A DNA stretch of 64,000 nucleotides from Felis catus. Taxonomy: Eukaryota. The position numbers were made by a program, and so were the translations under genes. Shown here one piece after another: positions 1 to 12,809 of the stretch. The notes below the pieces were generated by a model. It did not search any database. It was not told the DNA's origin and saw only the letters and a list, made by a program, of their open reading frames with translations. The stretch is from contig NC_058368.1 in assembly GCF_018350175.1 (NCBI RefSeq), forward strand, positions 17,858,001-17,922,000. The letters run 5' to 3'. Numbering within the stretch: the first letter of the stretch is position 1; each line of letters begins with the position of its first letter.

Positions 1-622
1 TACTGTGTGATAACAATTTGGAATAGAAAAACAGAGACAAATAAAAGGAAAGGATAGAATAGGGATATGTAACAGAAGTGCCATCAGCAGTAATCAGCAC
101 TGCGTGTAGGGGGTCAGGAAACATATTTCAAGGGCAGACTGACATTGACAATCTCTTGTCACTGACATGACCTCACTTCAATACACAAGTGCCAGGACAA
201 GGCAGGCTACTGAAGAGCTAAAACCCCATTAACATGGATCCGAGCATATTTATGTCCCATTTCATACAACAGCCACCTTTTTTTAACTTACGGTATAAAA
301 TTAGCATTTTCTCATATTATGGGAAACTCGGCAAACAAGTTAATTTGACACACTGGAAAATACAGACAAATAAAAATAAGGGGAAGCATAGAAAACCCTC
401 ATTAACGTTTTGGCACAGATTCTTCCAATTTAAAGAAGGTCTTGTCTTGAGAAAGAAAAGAGTATTAGGAAAATATAAGGAGAAAAGAATCTGAAATTAG
501 ACCTAGACTTTGAGATAGGTCATGTTAACCTTTTGGATAGAGGTTTTTAGGTACCTTTAAGTGAAAATACTTACTCCCCAAAACACATGATAGTTACATC
601 TGAATTCTATACTAACATCTTT

Positions 623-837
623 TTAAAAAATTTGTTTTAATGTTTATTTATTTTAGAGGCAGAGAGACAGAGCACAAGCCGGGAAGGGGCAGAGAGAGGG
701 GGAGACGCAGATTCTGAAGCAGGCTCCAGGCTCCATGCTGTCAGCACAGGGTGTGATGCGGGCTCGAACCACGAACCATGAGATCGTGACCTGAGCTGAA
801 GTCAGACACTTAACTGACTGAGCCACCCAGGAGCCCC
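623..837 (-). mobile_element. Carnivore/felid SINE (SINEC_Fc-like)
   Basis: Reverse complement of tRNA-like head GGGGCTCCTGGGTGGCTCAGTC, CT-rich linker and A tail; flanking aacatctt on both sides. Confidence 0.95.
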
Positions 838-1378
838 AACATCTTATACCAGTATACTAATATCTGCATATACCGTTGATGCAGAGTATTTACTTGCTAT
901 ATTTCTTGTCAGTTGGCCTTGTCATTTTGTCCACTGTTGTCCCAAGAGAAAGGTTCCTTTCTGGTATTGTTAAGAAGGAGGGATGCCATGCCAAACCTCT
1001 TTAGGTGAAGGGCATTTACTTTTACCCCCAAAAGGATATCTTAATTGGTAGCTTGTGAATAGATTAACTTAGAGAAAATGCCACAACAGGAATACCTTCG
1101 TGTGGGCTACTCAAGTCCTTCCTGCTTACAGGGCCCTCTTGGTTTAAAAGGCCACCCTTCTTCACTCAAGAAAAATCCCAGTAGAAAGATTTTTGACTCG
1201 GACACGGAAAGTCAAAGCAGAATCAGGCAACCGTGGTATCATTATATTATGATTATTAGCAAGGAGTACGCTCAACCAGACTACAAGCTTACTTCTCACC
1301 AATATTATTGAAAGAACACATCTAAAATTACACACCTTTAAAATTATTTTGAAAGGTTAAAAAAGGGGTACACATTTT

Positions 1379-1410
1379 AGGGTGCCTGGCTGGCTTAGTC
1401 AAAAGAGCAT
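1379..1410 (+). mobile_element. SINE head fragment only
   Basis: gggtgcctggctggcttagtc matches the CanSINE 5' end, then stops abruptly. Confidence 0.65.
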
Positions 1411-1527
1411 TCTAGTTTAGTTGCACTGTGGTCTGAGAACACATTCTGTATGACTTCTGTTCTAGCAAGTATATTGCAGTGTGTTTATGGCTCAGAACGT
1501 GGTCTTAGTGATCGTTCCAGGTGAGCA
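1411..1527 (-). mobile_element. Old L1 ORF2 fragment (antisense)
   Basis: tctagtttagttgcactgtggtctgagaa...gttccaggtg resembles the antisense L1 endonuclease-region consensus. Confidence 0.6.
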
Positions 1528-2200
1528 GATGCGGCAAATAATTAATGAGTGTATGGGTCAGTTTTCACTCTCATTTAACTTTACCTATATTTTTAAGTTT
1601 GCCCAACTAACTTATATTAGTTTTATAATAAAAAATGCTTACAAAAATGCCTAATTACACAGGAAAATGATAATTTTATGTTGGCAGTTGGAAAAATCAG
1701 GCAATGGAGAGCTTTCTAAAATATGGTTACAAATAGTATTTCCGTTCATAGTAAAAATGGACTAGAGAAAAATACTTCAAATATTTGTTCAGTAATCATT
1801 CAACCCATATTTATTAAGTACCTATTTCATACCAAACACTATTCTATTCTCTGAGCACAGAGTGGTCTAGCCAGGTACTTTCAGATGCTATGAAGAAAAT
1901 GTAACAGGCATATGTGATGGAAGGTAAGTGGGAGGGATGAGGCTACTTTAGACTGTGCAGTTAGGGTTTCTGCTTTGAGGAAAGGCATACTGGGATGGAA
2001 CCTAAATAGTAAGAGAAGCCGGAATGTGAAGGTGTAAGGACACAGAGAAGTAAGAATAGTGAGGGCAAAGAACCTTGCACTAATGAGCCTGTTTAGAGCT
2101 GGGACACAGGGAGCAAGAAGGTGGGAGACTTGTACGGGACACATTCAGCGGAATAGGCAAGGGTCAGATTGTGCAAGGCCAGGGTGATGAGTCTGCATTT

Positions 2201-2390
2201 TATGTTATTTTATTTTATTTTATTTTTTAATGTTTATTTATTTGAGGGAGAGCATGCACACAAGCAGGGGAGGGGCAGAGAGGGAGGGAGAGAATTCTGA
2301 CACAAGGCTGGATCCCACAAACTGTGAGATTATGACCTGAGCTGAAATCAACAGTCAGAAGCTTAACTGACAGAGCCACCCAGACACCCC
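2201..2390 (-). mobile_element. SINE, internally deleted
   Basis: Head, CT linker and (TAAAA)n tail present, middle segment missing; ctgcattt flanks. Confidence 0.9.
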
Positions 2391-2398
2391 TGCATTTC

Positions 2399-2431
2399 TT
2401 TAAAAATTTTGCCCCTAAAGTTTATTTATTT

Positions 2432-2481
<50 letters not shown>

Positions 2482-2635
2482 GGAGGGGCAGAGAGAGGGG
2501 GTGAGAGGATCCCAAGCAGGCTCCATGCTGCCAGTAGAGAGCCCATACAGGGCTCGAACCCACGAACCGTGAGATCATGACCTGAGCTGAAACCAAGAGT
2601 CGGATGTTTAACCGAGTGAGCCACCCAGGCACCCC
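2399..2635 (-). mobile_element. SINE with expanded (CT)n
   Basis: Full body; flanked by cccctgcatttc at 2387-2398 and 2638-2649. Confidence 0.95.
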
Positions 2636-2817
2636 GCCCCCTGCATTTCATTTTAACTAATGAGCATTCATTGTAAAGCTTTAAGCGAGGTTATGACATC
2701 ATCTGAGTACTTGTTGATGGAGTAGAGGCAAAGTTGGGGGGAAGAAGAGACATCAAGCATGTGGAGCGATGGCCAGATGGTGGTGCCATAGTATGATGAT
2801 CACTAAGAGTGAGACAC

Positions 2818-3031
2818 GGGGTGTCTGGGTGGCTCGGTCGGTTAAGCGTCCGACTTCAGCCAGGTCACGATCTCGCAGTCCGTGAGTTCGAGCCCCGCGT
2901 CGGGCTCTGGGCTGATGGCTCAGAGCCTGGAGCCTGTTTCCAATTCTGTGTCTCCCTCTCTCTCTGCCCCTCCCCCGTTCATGCTCTGTCTCTCTCTGTC
3001 CCAAAAATAAATAAAAAACGTTGAAAAAAAA
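2818..3031 (+). mobile_element. Young SINEC_Fc-like SINE
   Basis: CpG-intact body; perfect TSD aagagtgagacac at 2805-2817 and 3032-3044. Confidence 0.97.
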
Positions 3032-5299
3032 AAGAGTGAGACACATTTCAGGGTGGTGGAATGCGGATCTAAAGAATTAGCTATTCATTTTGGCCACGTT
3101 TTATTGAACATACCATATGACGTGCCTAGGGGGGAGAGCTGGCTATCTGAAACTCTATGAAGAGGATGAGACTGGTGAAAAACAGAAATTATTGGTATGT
3201 GGATGATGCTGAAAGCATAGTTCTGGATGCAATCACATAAAAAAGTAAGTGAAAATAGAGAATATTTGAGAAGAATTGATCCTGTCCAAATTGACAGGTA
3301 GAGCAGAGAACACAGAATAGCTGGTGAATTATCAAGATGGCTAGGGGGAAACGATATCTTGCAAGATGACCCGAAAGACCATTTCAAGAAGGAGAAAGAA
3401 TCAATGTGTCAAATGCTGCTGCACAGAAGTTCCATAAAAAGGACACAGAATTAACCACTGGATTTGCGACATTGAAGTCATGGGTGACCTGGACAAGTCT
3501 TAATACGGTGATGAAGAAGTAAGATCCATTTGGAGTAGTAGGATGAGGAAAGAATGGGAGAGAAGGCAGCAAGAAGGGCAAATAGAGAAAATCCAATTGT
3601 ATGAAAGTTAGCAAAGTAGTAGTAGTTGGAAGGGAATGTAGAGATTCATTAAAGGAGGGAGCCATGAAAGTTGACTGAAGGGGAAGGGATTAGACACAGG
3701 GCTACTCAAATGACTGGCTTGCCCTTCATCCATTGTAACAAAGGGAAGTCAGCATAGTGGGACAAGTGCAGGGCATCTGGTCAACACTGTAGAGGATGAG
3801 TGGGGGGAGCGTCCATCTTTTATGCTTCCAATCTCAGCTGTCGTTATCTCTGATGGGCTGGCTTATTGGTGAATTTTATTTCAGCATTATAACACATCCT
3901 TTTTCTATTTTCCAAAGTTTCTATAACGGACATACATTACATTCAGAATAAAAACAAACATAATTTGTAAACCAAATATTGAATAAAGCTTAAAAGTACA
4001 CTGAAAACAACTGAAGACTTTAAAAGTTGTAATGTTAACCTAAGAAGTTTATTTGAACACACATTAAAAAGAGGAAACATTTTTGTGGCATAATCTCTGC
4101 ACTGTTCCAGCTCTCCAGCTGTCAAACATACTTCCTTCCTTATCTATTTCTTTCTATGAGTTGTGTTGGGGCAAGGGCTCGAGAAAATGCACCAGTATTG
4201 TGATTCTGGAACTCAACCAGAAAACGGAACTTTTCTTTGTCGCTAACTCAAGTCGAACACAAAAATGTCACATATACAAAAAAAATAGGTCTACATTATC
4301 CCGAACCCTTGTCTGCCTGGTCACAATTTTTTAACAAAACCACATCTTGTTGCTTTTCATCCAATTCTGCCTCAGGCAAAGGCATTTTATGATGTCATGA
4401 AACACAGAGTTTATTGGTATAGACTCTATTTCCTTTTAATTTTTTTTTTTTTAGATGAAATACTGATGTAGTTTTCTTCACTGGCTTCAGAATCCAAGTA
4501 GACCCAATTTGGGATTTTACAAAAGCACCAAAAAATCAATGCAGAGAGGAAGAAAATGGAGCTGCCAATGTATATAGCTTATTGACTGATTAGCAGAGAG
4601 TGGCTGAGAGATTCAGCCATTACTTGCTTGTGACTATCTGTCACCCTATTCCTGCCATGGAAAACAAGTGGCTTGACACCTCCTGAAATTTGCCTTTTTA
4701 CATTGATAAGAGACTTTAGATGTTTAAGGCAGTTTAAAATCTGGTACACCATAAGGAAGAGGCTAGTACTGACTGCAGCCACAAGAATTATTAGTTATCT
4801 TCTCGGTTGGATAATAAATTATTTTTCTCTGTTTAAAAAGATTCACTTGGAGGAGCACAGTTACACAGGTACTTTTCACTTCTATTTTCCACAAACAGTT
4901 TCTAATTTCACTTTAGTTTGCTGCAGTTGTTAGAGATTTTAATGAGAGGAAATCCTGGTTGGTCGAAGAAGTCATTTCTTCAGTGCGCACACGATACTGA
5001 ATTATAAGCAGGGCGGATCTTCTGGGGGAAGGCGGAGACTGACAGAAAATCAACAGCCCCTTTCCTTCCTTCTCTCTTTCCTTATATTCTTTCCCACCCT
5101 CCTTTCAGGTACTAAGATGATTTATTTTCCTTTTTTCCTCCCATTAATGTGAATTTCCTTTAAAAAAAAAGCATCATAAGAGAAAGCTGTAGTCAATTAT
5201 GAGGGTTCTAAATATCCGCCTTTGCCTCATCCAATTTGCAATAGACTACTCTCAGGATTCTTTTATTATATGCAGAAGTTCTCACTTTGCTGGGCGTGC

Positions 5300-5301
<2 letters not shown>

Positions 5302-5346
<45 letters not shown>
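5302..5346. repeat. (GT)n microsatellite
   Basis: Uninterrupted GT dinucleotide run. Confidence 0.99.
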
Positions 5347-5349
<3 letters not shown>

Positions 5350-6359
5350 CGAGTTCCCTTGAGGTTTGTATCTGTGACTGCCTACCATTGCCCTAACCTT
5401 CAGAATGATGGATGGGCTTTGCCCCCACCCCCTTCCTTGCATAGCAAGGGACAACTTACTGATATTTACAGTGATGAAAACAAATGACCAAACACAGCAG
5501 TTTTCATCTACAGTCGACTCACAATTATCCACTATGAAGCCTGTGGATTTTCCAGGGACAATTTTCAATTCCAAAAAGGTTTCTAGTGATACCTCCTATC
5601 CTTCAGGGTCACTTTCCCCTCATTAGTCAGTTACTGCTCAGGGAATACCAACTACGTGTAATATCAGATTAAGCAAAAACACACAGGAAGATGAATCAGT
5701 AGGAAAAATCATGTTGCATACAAAAAACAAAAAGGAATACTTTTGGTGTATCTCATTGTTTGCGTTATCAGCACCACTGTTTTGTAACTGAGCAATGTCG
5801 TAAAGGAATTTTGATACTCTCTAAAAATGTTATGTGTACACCTAATTCAGAGAAATGGGTTCAGCCATTTCAGGTATTCTACAATTAATTATCTAATTTA
5901 TAAATGACTCAAGGGAAATCTGTTCTTCCCCGCCGCCCAGTAGTCCTTGTTTGTTTCAGTAGACATTAGCCGCACCATGGACAATAAGAAAGGAATAGGG
6001 AAAGGAAGATGAAAACAGTTCATTTTGTTGCTTACTAGGTTTTTGACAGAATTCTGGTAAATGCAAGACTGAACTAGAAAATAGATGAAAATAAGATTTC
6101 CACTTTGGAACTTCATTTATTCGCGTGTTCTTTCGTTGCCACCACTGCGAACAGTGTGAAGGTAGTTATGAAAATCGATACATTTTCAGAGGACAAGAAA
6201 TCAGGATGGAACTAAAGGAAATGGCTAATGAGCTCAGTTTTAACCATTATACCTTGTAGGGAGAGAAATTCAATCTGTTTTGAACTCTGATAGCACTTAC
6301 ATTTGTATCACCAAGTTGGCACTTAGCATGCACTGGTTTGTGCCATTAGTATTGTTCGT

Positions 6360-6575
6360 AATAATAACAGTTGGCATTTATTGCCCCTTTACTGAGTTCT
6401 GGGCTATGTACAGCACCTTATGATGTTTCTAAGCCTTATAGCAACCCTTCCAGTGTTATCATTCCCACTTTACTGACAAGAAAACAAAGGCCCGGGGTAA
6501 GTAATATGCTGGAGGCCACAAAGTCTCCTGGGTCAGCGGTAGCATAAGGTTTGGACTAAGACTGGCTGAACCTCA
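6360..6575 (-). mobile_element. MIR remnant
   Basis: attcccactttactgacaagaaaacaaaggc resembles the MIR core. Confidence 0.7.
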
Positions 6576-6590
6576 AAGTCTCTCCACACA

Positions 6591-6807
6591 GGGGCACCTG
6601 GCAGGCTCATTCAGTTAAGTGTCTGACTTCTGCTCAGGTCATGATCTCGCAGTTCAGGAGTTTGAGCCCCACGTCGGGCTGGGTGCTGAGAGCTCAGAAC
6701 CTGGAGCCTGCTTTGGATTCTTTGTCTCCTTCTCTCTCTGCCCCTCCTCTGCTTGCACTCCGTCCTCTCTCTCTAAAATAAATAAACACTAAAAAAAAAT
6801 TTTTTTT
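6591..6807 (+). mobile_element. SINE
   Basis: TSD aagtctctccacaca at 6576-6590 and 6808-6822. Confidence 0.96.
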
Positions 6808-7974
6808 AAGTCTCTCCACACAACTTTCTCAATGTCAGGTGTAACTGTTTACATGCCTCACGCTCTTTCCTAATGAGACTATAAGCATCCAATGGATGCT
6901 GGAAGGGGAATTCCTAGGGGTGCAAGGACCTAGAAGTCCCATAGTTTTGCATCTTTCATTGTTTCCTGTGCACTGCTCCATAAGTGGTATTGATTGTGTC
7001 TCCATTTTGGTTGGGGATTTCTGTTTGTTTTAGCATCATTTTTGTTTGTACAAAAAGGCCAGCTGCAGCTGTGCAGTGGGTACAGATTATTTTTTTAAGT
7101 GTATCTCAACTTTGTGCTATCATTTATAAGTGGGAAGTATATATATATACAGATCCATCCCAGGGGTACCTTGGAAGGAGACAGAGGGGTATAAGCAGCA
7201 TTATCCTACGTGATCCCTGAGCATTGATGCCAACGTGGTGACTGTGGTCAGTGTCTTGCTCTACTCTAAAGACGGATTTGTCAGGATGACAGGCATCACT
7301 ATCTGTCACTGCAAGTGTAAATGCCATCTTGCCAGCTTGAATTGCAGGGGTCACTCTGGGCCCCTTGTACAGAATAGAAAGCAAATGCTAACATGCCAGG
7401 GTGTCAGATTTCAAAAGAGAAAACAGTGTAGCTCCTTGCTGGATTACTCTGCCTCAATAATTTAGAACAAGTGGGTAGACCCAAAGAAAAAAATGAAATT
7501 GTGTCTTTGCTTATTAAAAAAAAGTGGTAAAAGTTGTCTGAATAGTCTTGTTAATTTATTCAATGACACTTAATCAGCACACAACAGACACTCTAGTACA
7601 AAGGCTACTTTGGAGGCAGCAGCGGCTTACATGAGAGTCAACGCCCAACTCAGTGCATGTGTATTTACCTTAACTTGCTGATCAATGAAATGAGAGCTGT
7701 TTCTCAGAAATGAAGCGTATAATCTTGGAAGCTTTTGGAAACGATAACATGGACAGAAAGGGTCACTTTGGAAAGCTTTCTTCCAACAAGTATTAAAAAT
7801 GATAAATGGGCCATCCGTCAGTTTGGGCAATACTCCCCTCCAACATTATTCAAGAAACAGATGGAGACGGAATAGAGATTCTTCAACTCCCAAGCCTTCT
7901 AGTGCCTTTTGGGTTTGATTTTTAGTAGGAAAAAAGAGCATTCTCTACATTTTTTAGTAGACAAAGGATCGTGC

Positions 7975-8160
7975 TTCAGCCTGGAGTCCTCCTGTCCTGC
8001 TCTAGCTGCACCACTGGTTTCCTCAGTGACCTTGGGTAAAGCACTTAACCTTCTTGCATTTTAACGTGTCCAACTGTGAAATAAGAAAGATAATGACAAC
8101 AACAATAATAAGGCTTAGGACCTACATACCTCACTGAAGTGTTTTATGAATTCATCATAT
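7975..8160 (+). mobile_element. MIR remnant
   Basis: gtgaccttgggtaaagcacttaacct...ctgtgaaat MIR core. Confidence 0.7.
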
Positions 8161-8611
8161 TGGGCTTGGAAGGGGCGCTTATGCTTTAAAAGCATTTGAC
8201 AATAGTCAGCAAATTTCCACATTAATGTAACATATATGGTCCAAAGAATTACCTGAGAGGTTTTGCCCAGTAAGTGGGCGCAGGTTACTCTGTGGGCAAG
8301 TAACACTAAAAGAAATACAATTGCTCTTGCTATTAACCCCCGGGGAGGGAGGTGGGGAGGGGGGGCAATTTTAAAACATTGTGTCCAGTTTGGCAAGAAT
8401 TATAAAAAGATCCAAGTGCCAGATAAGCCTCTGATGGTTTCAGTGGGGGCTATGAGACTAGGTAATGGATCATCAGTGAGGTAGGTAATTCTTCCTATTA
8501 TCGCAGAAGTTTGTTCTTTGTCCCAATCCCGCCCTTAACACTATCACCATGCCTCCTTCTCTCACTCTCCAACATTTAACATCCTTCCCTCCCAGCAAAG
8601 ATGCAACTTCT

Positions 8612-8808
8612 TTTTTTTTTAGGTTTATTTATTGAGAGAGAGAGAGAGAGAGAGACAGGGACAGAGAAAGAGGGAGAGAGAGAGAGAATCCCAAGTAGGC
8701 ATCACACTGTCAGTGCAGAGCCCGATGTGGGGCTCGAACCCAGGAACCGCAAGATCATGACTTGAGCCAAAGTCGGACGCTTAACCGACTGAGCCACCCA
8801 GGTGCCTC
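8612..8808 (-). mobile_element. SINE
   Basis: TSD aaagatgcaacttct on both sides. Confidence 0.96.
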
Positions 8809-9368
8809 AAAGATGCAACTTCTAAGCAGACTTTTCAGGTTATATCCTGCTTCTATCACTCTAGCACATGGAGAAAATCTTAACTGCTAAACGCAGCCCT
8901 AATTATGTCTTGTTAGATCATGGAATGCATTCCTACCTGTAACGAACTTTATGCCAGCACATGTCCCTGATAGACTGCCAGCCTAGGTGCCAAGCCCAGA
9001 GCCCCCACTTCCTGAGAAGTTAACGTGAGCCAAGAACAGCACCCTCAGTTCTGGGACCATACAAGGAATGGTGCTAATTAGTTTTGAAGCAGTCTAGAAA
9101 TTCATCAGGGGGCAAGGTTTCAAAAGTACGTTGTCACCAATGCATACTACTTGGACTCAACACATGTGACTTTGTAAATCACTTCAGATTCGATATCCTT
9201 CATCAGGAACATGGAAGTTGTGGGCAAAAAACCTCCCTAATGGAAACCTGTTCAGGTTATGTGGCTCCTGTACCTTCCTTTGTCTGTTGGGCTTACTTTC
9301 CTTTTGCTCTGTCTCTCATGCATGATCCGCACAGCATCACTTAAAGACTCCCATCTGTTGTTTCTTAC

Positions 9369-9472
9369 ACAAACAGATCCGCCAGCACGTTTGCTGAATC
9401 CTGATCCGTTCCTTGCTGTGGAAGGTCTTGTGGCATCTCGTCAAGTGGTTGTGGTTGACGCCCACATTGTAA
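9369..9472 (-). other. Candidate spliced exon (unassigned)
   Basis: cag acceptor and gtaaga donor; two open frames (e.g. LQCGRQPQPLDEMPQDLPQQGTDQDSANVLADLF); no recognised homologue. Confidence 0.25.
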
Positions 9473-9619
9473 CTGGTGTGCAGAAGTCATTGAACAATGA
9501 CAATAGGACCTGGACGCTAACCATTGGGAGGTCTAGGACACTACTGTACGACCATGAAGAATTGCTTTGCAAGGCTGACACTTTCTTCTATTTCTAGAGC
9601 CAAAGAATCTCTTTGGTGG

Positions 9620-9770
9620 AGCACTAACCTGGAAGTCAGGAGACCAACATTCTAGTCCCAGTGCTACCCCTGAGCAGGCGCGGGCACTAGACAAGGTACT
9701 TCAGTTCCCTAAGCCAATGTTTCTTCTAAAGGGTTGAACTTAATGATCTCTTAGCTCCCCATGAATCTTA
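9620..9770 (+). mobile_element. MIR3-like remnant
   Basis: gcactaacctggaagtcaggagacc...ttctagtccca motif. Confidence 0.55.
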
Positions 9771-11650
9771 AAAGAGATATGTAATAATATGATTCCATGA
9801 CTTTTCATACTATGTATACTTAAAAGATATATTAAAGGAATGGAGAAATAAGCTGTGCTTTTTTGAATGAATGATTATGATTTTCTGTGCAACCTTTGGA
9901 GAGCTGGAGCAAAGCATAAACTTCTATTTAGAGATCCACAGAACAAACAAACAAACAAAAAACCAATCCACGTAAATAAGAAAAGGTAACAGACATGAAA
10001 TTAAAAGCAAGCACCAACTTAAGTATAAAATCAAAACTGCCGTTTCAATACCAGAAATGAGAAAGCTGCAGACAACAAATAAAAGAGCAATAGCTAACAA
10101 CAACAACAACAACAAACCATGAAATAATGGAATAAAGAGGATTCTATGGGGGTCGTGGCCCCCTCTCTACATCTCTCCTTCCTATTCACCAGTCCCCCAA
10201 AATGCAGGAATTGTTTGGGTGTTTTCCTATGCACTGAATAGAGAGAACAGAGTCACAATAGAAGTACAAACCAGGAGGGGAATCTGTTCATAAAAAGCCA
10301 GGTAGGGAAACAAAGCAGGGTGGACAAAATCAGAATTCCTAAATGGGTGCATGAATGGATCAGCCTTATAAGATGCCCAAAGGAGAGACAGTCCTAGCTT
10401 GGCCAGTGGGAGGGTTTCTCAGGTGTGTCTATCTCTGTCTTTGCTCCGTCTCCACTCTGGAAAAAAATGATGCCAGTGCAATGAATGCAGCTCTTCTGGG
10501 GAGGTCAGGGAAGTAGTCACTAATGCTGGAATTACAGCCACATCTGTGGTCATGTCATTAGCTGTAAAGCCAAGCATCTGCCACAAAATTGCAACTATGA
10601 TGTGTGAACCGCTAACACCAACAATTAAAACAGTAACACCGCAAAGCCTCGAGGAATCTTTAATTATTCATTTATTTGGAAAGTAAGGCTAAAGAGGACA
10701 GCTGCTCAAGATAAAGCTCTTCCTTACTCATTCTCACTTATTTGGTTTTAGAACTTTTTCTGTTGGTAATGTGACTCTCCTCCCCGTTTAATAAACCCTG
10801 ATTTTCCTGCAAGTCCTACAAAAAGATCCATGTTAAATCCCAGTACTTCCCATTACATCAGGCATTGTAAGCAAAATATCAGCTCTCTAAAACAACCCAA
10901 ACTTCACTAGCATAAGGGCCATACTGGTATTTAACACACTTGAATTTTACAATTAAAATATAATGACTGCTGCATGCCTCTAAATTTAGTCAACAAAAAT
11001 TTGTAAGTCATATCCTGAGGCACACTTAAACTACTCTAAGACTTTACAGTCTAGAAGAGAGAAAAGGGTATGAGCGAGAAAAACAATACAATCTGTTATG
11101 CAATAATGTCATGCAGGTATTACAGATTTTGAGCCATAAATAAGCAAGAAGGGGGAAGGGGTGACTTCTGAATGGGAATTAAAGAAAGACTCATGGCAGA
11201 GGCGGGCATGTGAAGTGATTCCTAGTCTGGGCAAAGAGGGAAAATGACATTTCTGACAGCTGGGTTAGCATGAAGGGTCACTCAGAAAGAAGCAAGTGAG
11301 AACAGAGGGAGCTTGGGAGATGGGGAATGGGCATCACTAGCCGAAGTCATGGATATGGCCTTGGAGGAATATGGAGGATGGGTTGTAGAGGACTTACTTA
11401 AAGAGTCTGGAATTTATTTGGAAATCAAGAGATAAGTCAACTAACTTTTTTTTTTCTTTTTTGGTAATTGGGGAGCCACAGTTCATCACGGCCCTTTAAG
11501 GATTATCTGTCTCATAAGGATGAGCAAGATTGCTTGTGAGGGACATCCCTGGAGTCCTCATGGGGGGCTACAATCCAAGTGTAAGAAGGACTTAGTGGGG
11601 ACATGGAGTAGGGGTGATAGGAAAGGACAGTGACCTGCTTCTTCCGAGGG

Positions 11651-11852
11651 CAGAGCTATGCAAAACAACTTTTTACCGTGACGGAAACACTCTACATCTG
11701 CACCGTCTGACGTGGTAGCCACCAGCCACACATGCCCAATAAGCACTTGAAATGTGGCCTGTGGGACAAAAAAAATTTGAATTTAAAATTTTGTTTAATT
11801 GTAGTTAAGTTGAAAGGAGCACATGTATCTAGTGACTATTCTGTTAGCACAG
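11651..11852. mobile_element. MER3/MER33-like hAT MITE
   Basis: gtggtagccaccagccacacatg...agcacttgaaatgtggc signature. Confidence 0.75.
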
Positions 11853-12186
11853 TTGTCAAGTAATAAATACTGCACAGAGAAGATGTCAAAGAAACCGAAA
11901 GAAAGAAACTAAAGGTGTTTAAGTAACAGAAGACAGAAATTCACATTAGTTTTGGTAACTTTCCAAAAATTCTGACATGAGTCTGACATCTATTGAAGTA
12001 CATTAAGCAGTGACCTTCTAGAGGGCAGGAATAGTCTCGTTCATCTTTTCCTCTTTTGGTCCCTAGTACAGTCTCAAGGGCTGCAAGTACTCCATAAACA
12101 ATTCGGAATGAATCCATGAATGAGTGAGTGAATGAACACAGTATATATATGTAGCTTAGAGGTCGTCATTTAAAGAACCGAATTTA

Positions 12187-12411
12187 GGGGCGCCTGGGTG
12201 GCTCAGTCGGTTAAGCGTCCGACTTCAGCTCAGGTCACGATCTTGCGGTCTGTGAGTTCTAGCCCCGCGTCGGGCTCTGGGCTGATGGCTCAGAGCCTGG
12301 AGCCTGCTTCCAATTCTGTGTCTCCCTCTCTCTCTGACCCTCCCCCGTTCATGCTCTGTCTCTCTCTGTCTCAAAAATAAATAAACTTAAAAAAAAAAAT
12401 TAAAGAAAGAA

Positions 12412-12459
<48 letters not shown>

Positions 12460-12465
12460 ACGAAC
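12187..12465 (+). mobile_element. Young SINE with (GAAA)n tail
   Basis: CpG-rich body; tail expanded to GAAA repeats; gaaccgaatttagg on both sides. Confidence 0.97.
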
Positions 12466-12809
12466 GAACCGAATTTAGGAAAATGTCCGAATGGGTGAAA
12501 CTGGCAACTGTGGGCTACCTCTATAGCTTCATTCCCTGGTTGCTCCAAAAATCAAAATACCAGAGCATATGAACTGGGCAGCTGGAATAACTGAAGTTTC
12601 ATTTTCTTAGTGAAATTGGGAATTTTATTTTTGCTCAAGAGCTTTAAAAAAACCAAAGGATTCATATGAATGGTAGAATCTTAACACCATCATGGTTTAA
12701 TGCTTTGACAAAGCAATGTCCTGATTATAAAAGAAACACATACTTTTTATAGAAACTTTGGAATGTATCAAAATAATAAAAGGAAAAAATCAAAGTTATC
12801 CACAATTCT

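Larger units (their letters stand above)
1790..3830 (-). mobile_element. Degenerate L2 LINE interrupted by three SINEs
   Basis: cattcaacccatatttattaagtaccta L2-type end, purine-rich body, gaagtcatgggtgacctggacaag motif. Confidence 0.65.
4030..7363 (-). other. Possible terminal exon / 3'UTR-like block
   Basis: Minus-strand AATAAA at 4048-4053 and 4410-4415, U-rich downstream region, TGTA(A/T)ATA motifs, acceptor at 7364-7365. Confidence 0.25.

Noticed and set aside
5060..5120. Plus-strand polypyrimidine tract ending cag/GTACTA as a recursive splice site or terminal exon
   Set aside because: The regenerated donor is weak and I found no partner plus-strand exons.
7555..7560. Minus-strand AATAAA as a gene end
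   Set aside because: The context resembles a decayed L2 terminus.
9259..9597. 112-aa plus-strand ORF with a hydrophobic N-terminus
   Set aside because: No recognisable homology, and no promoter or splice context.
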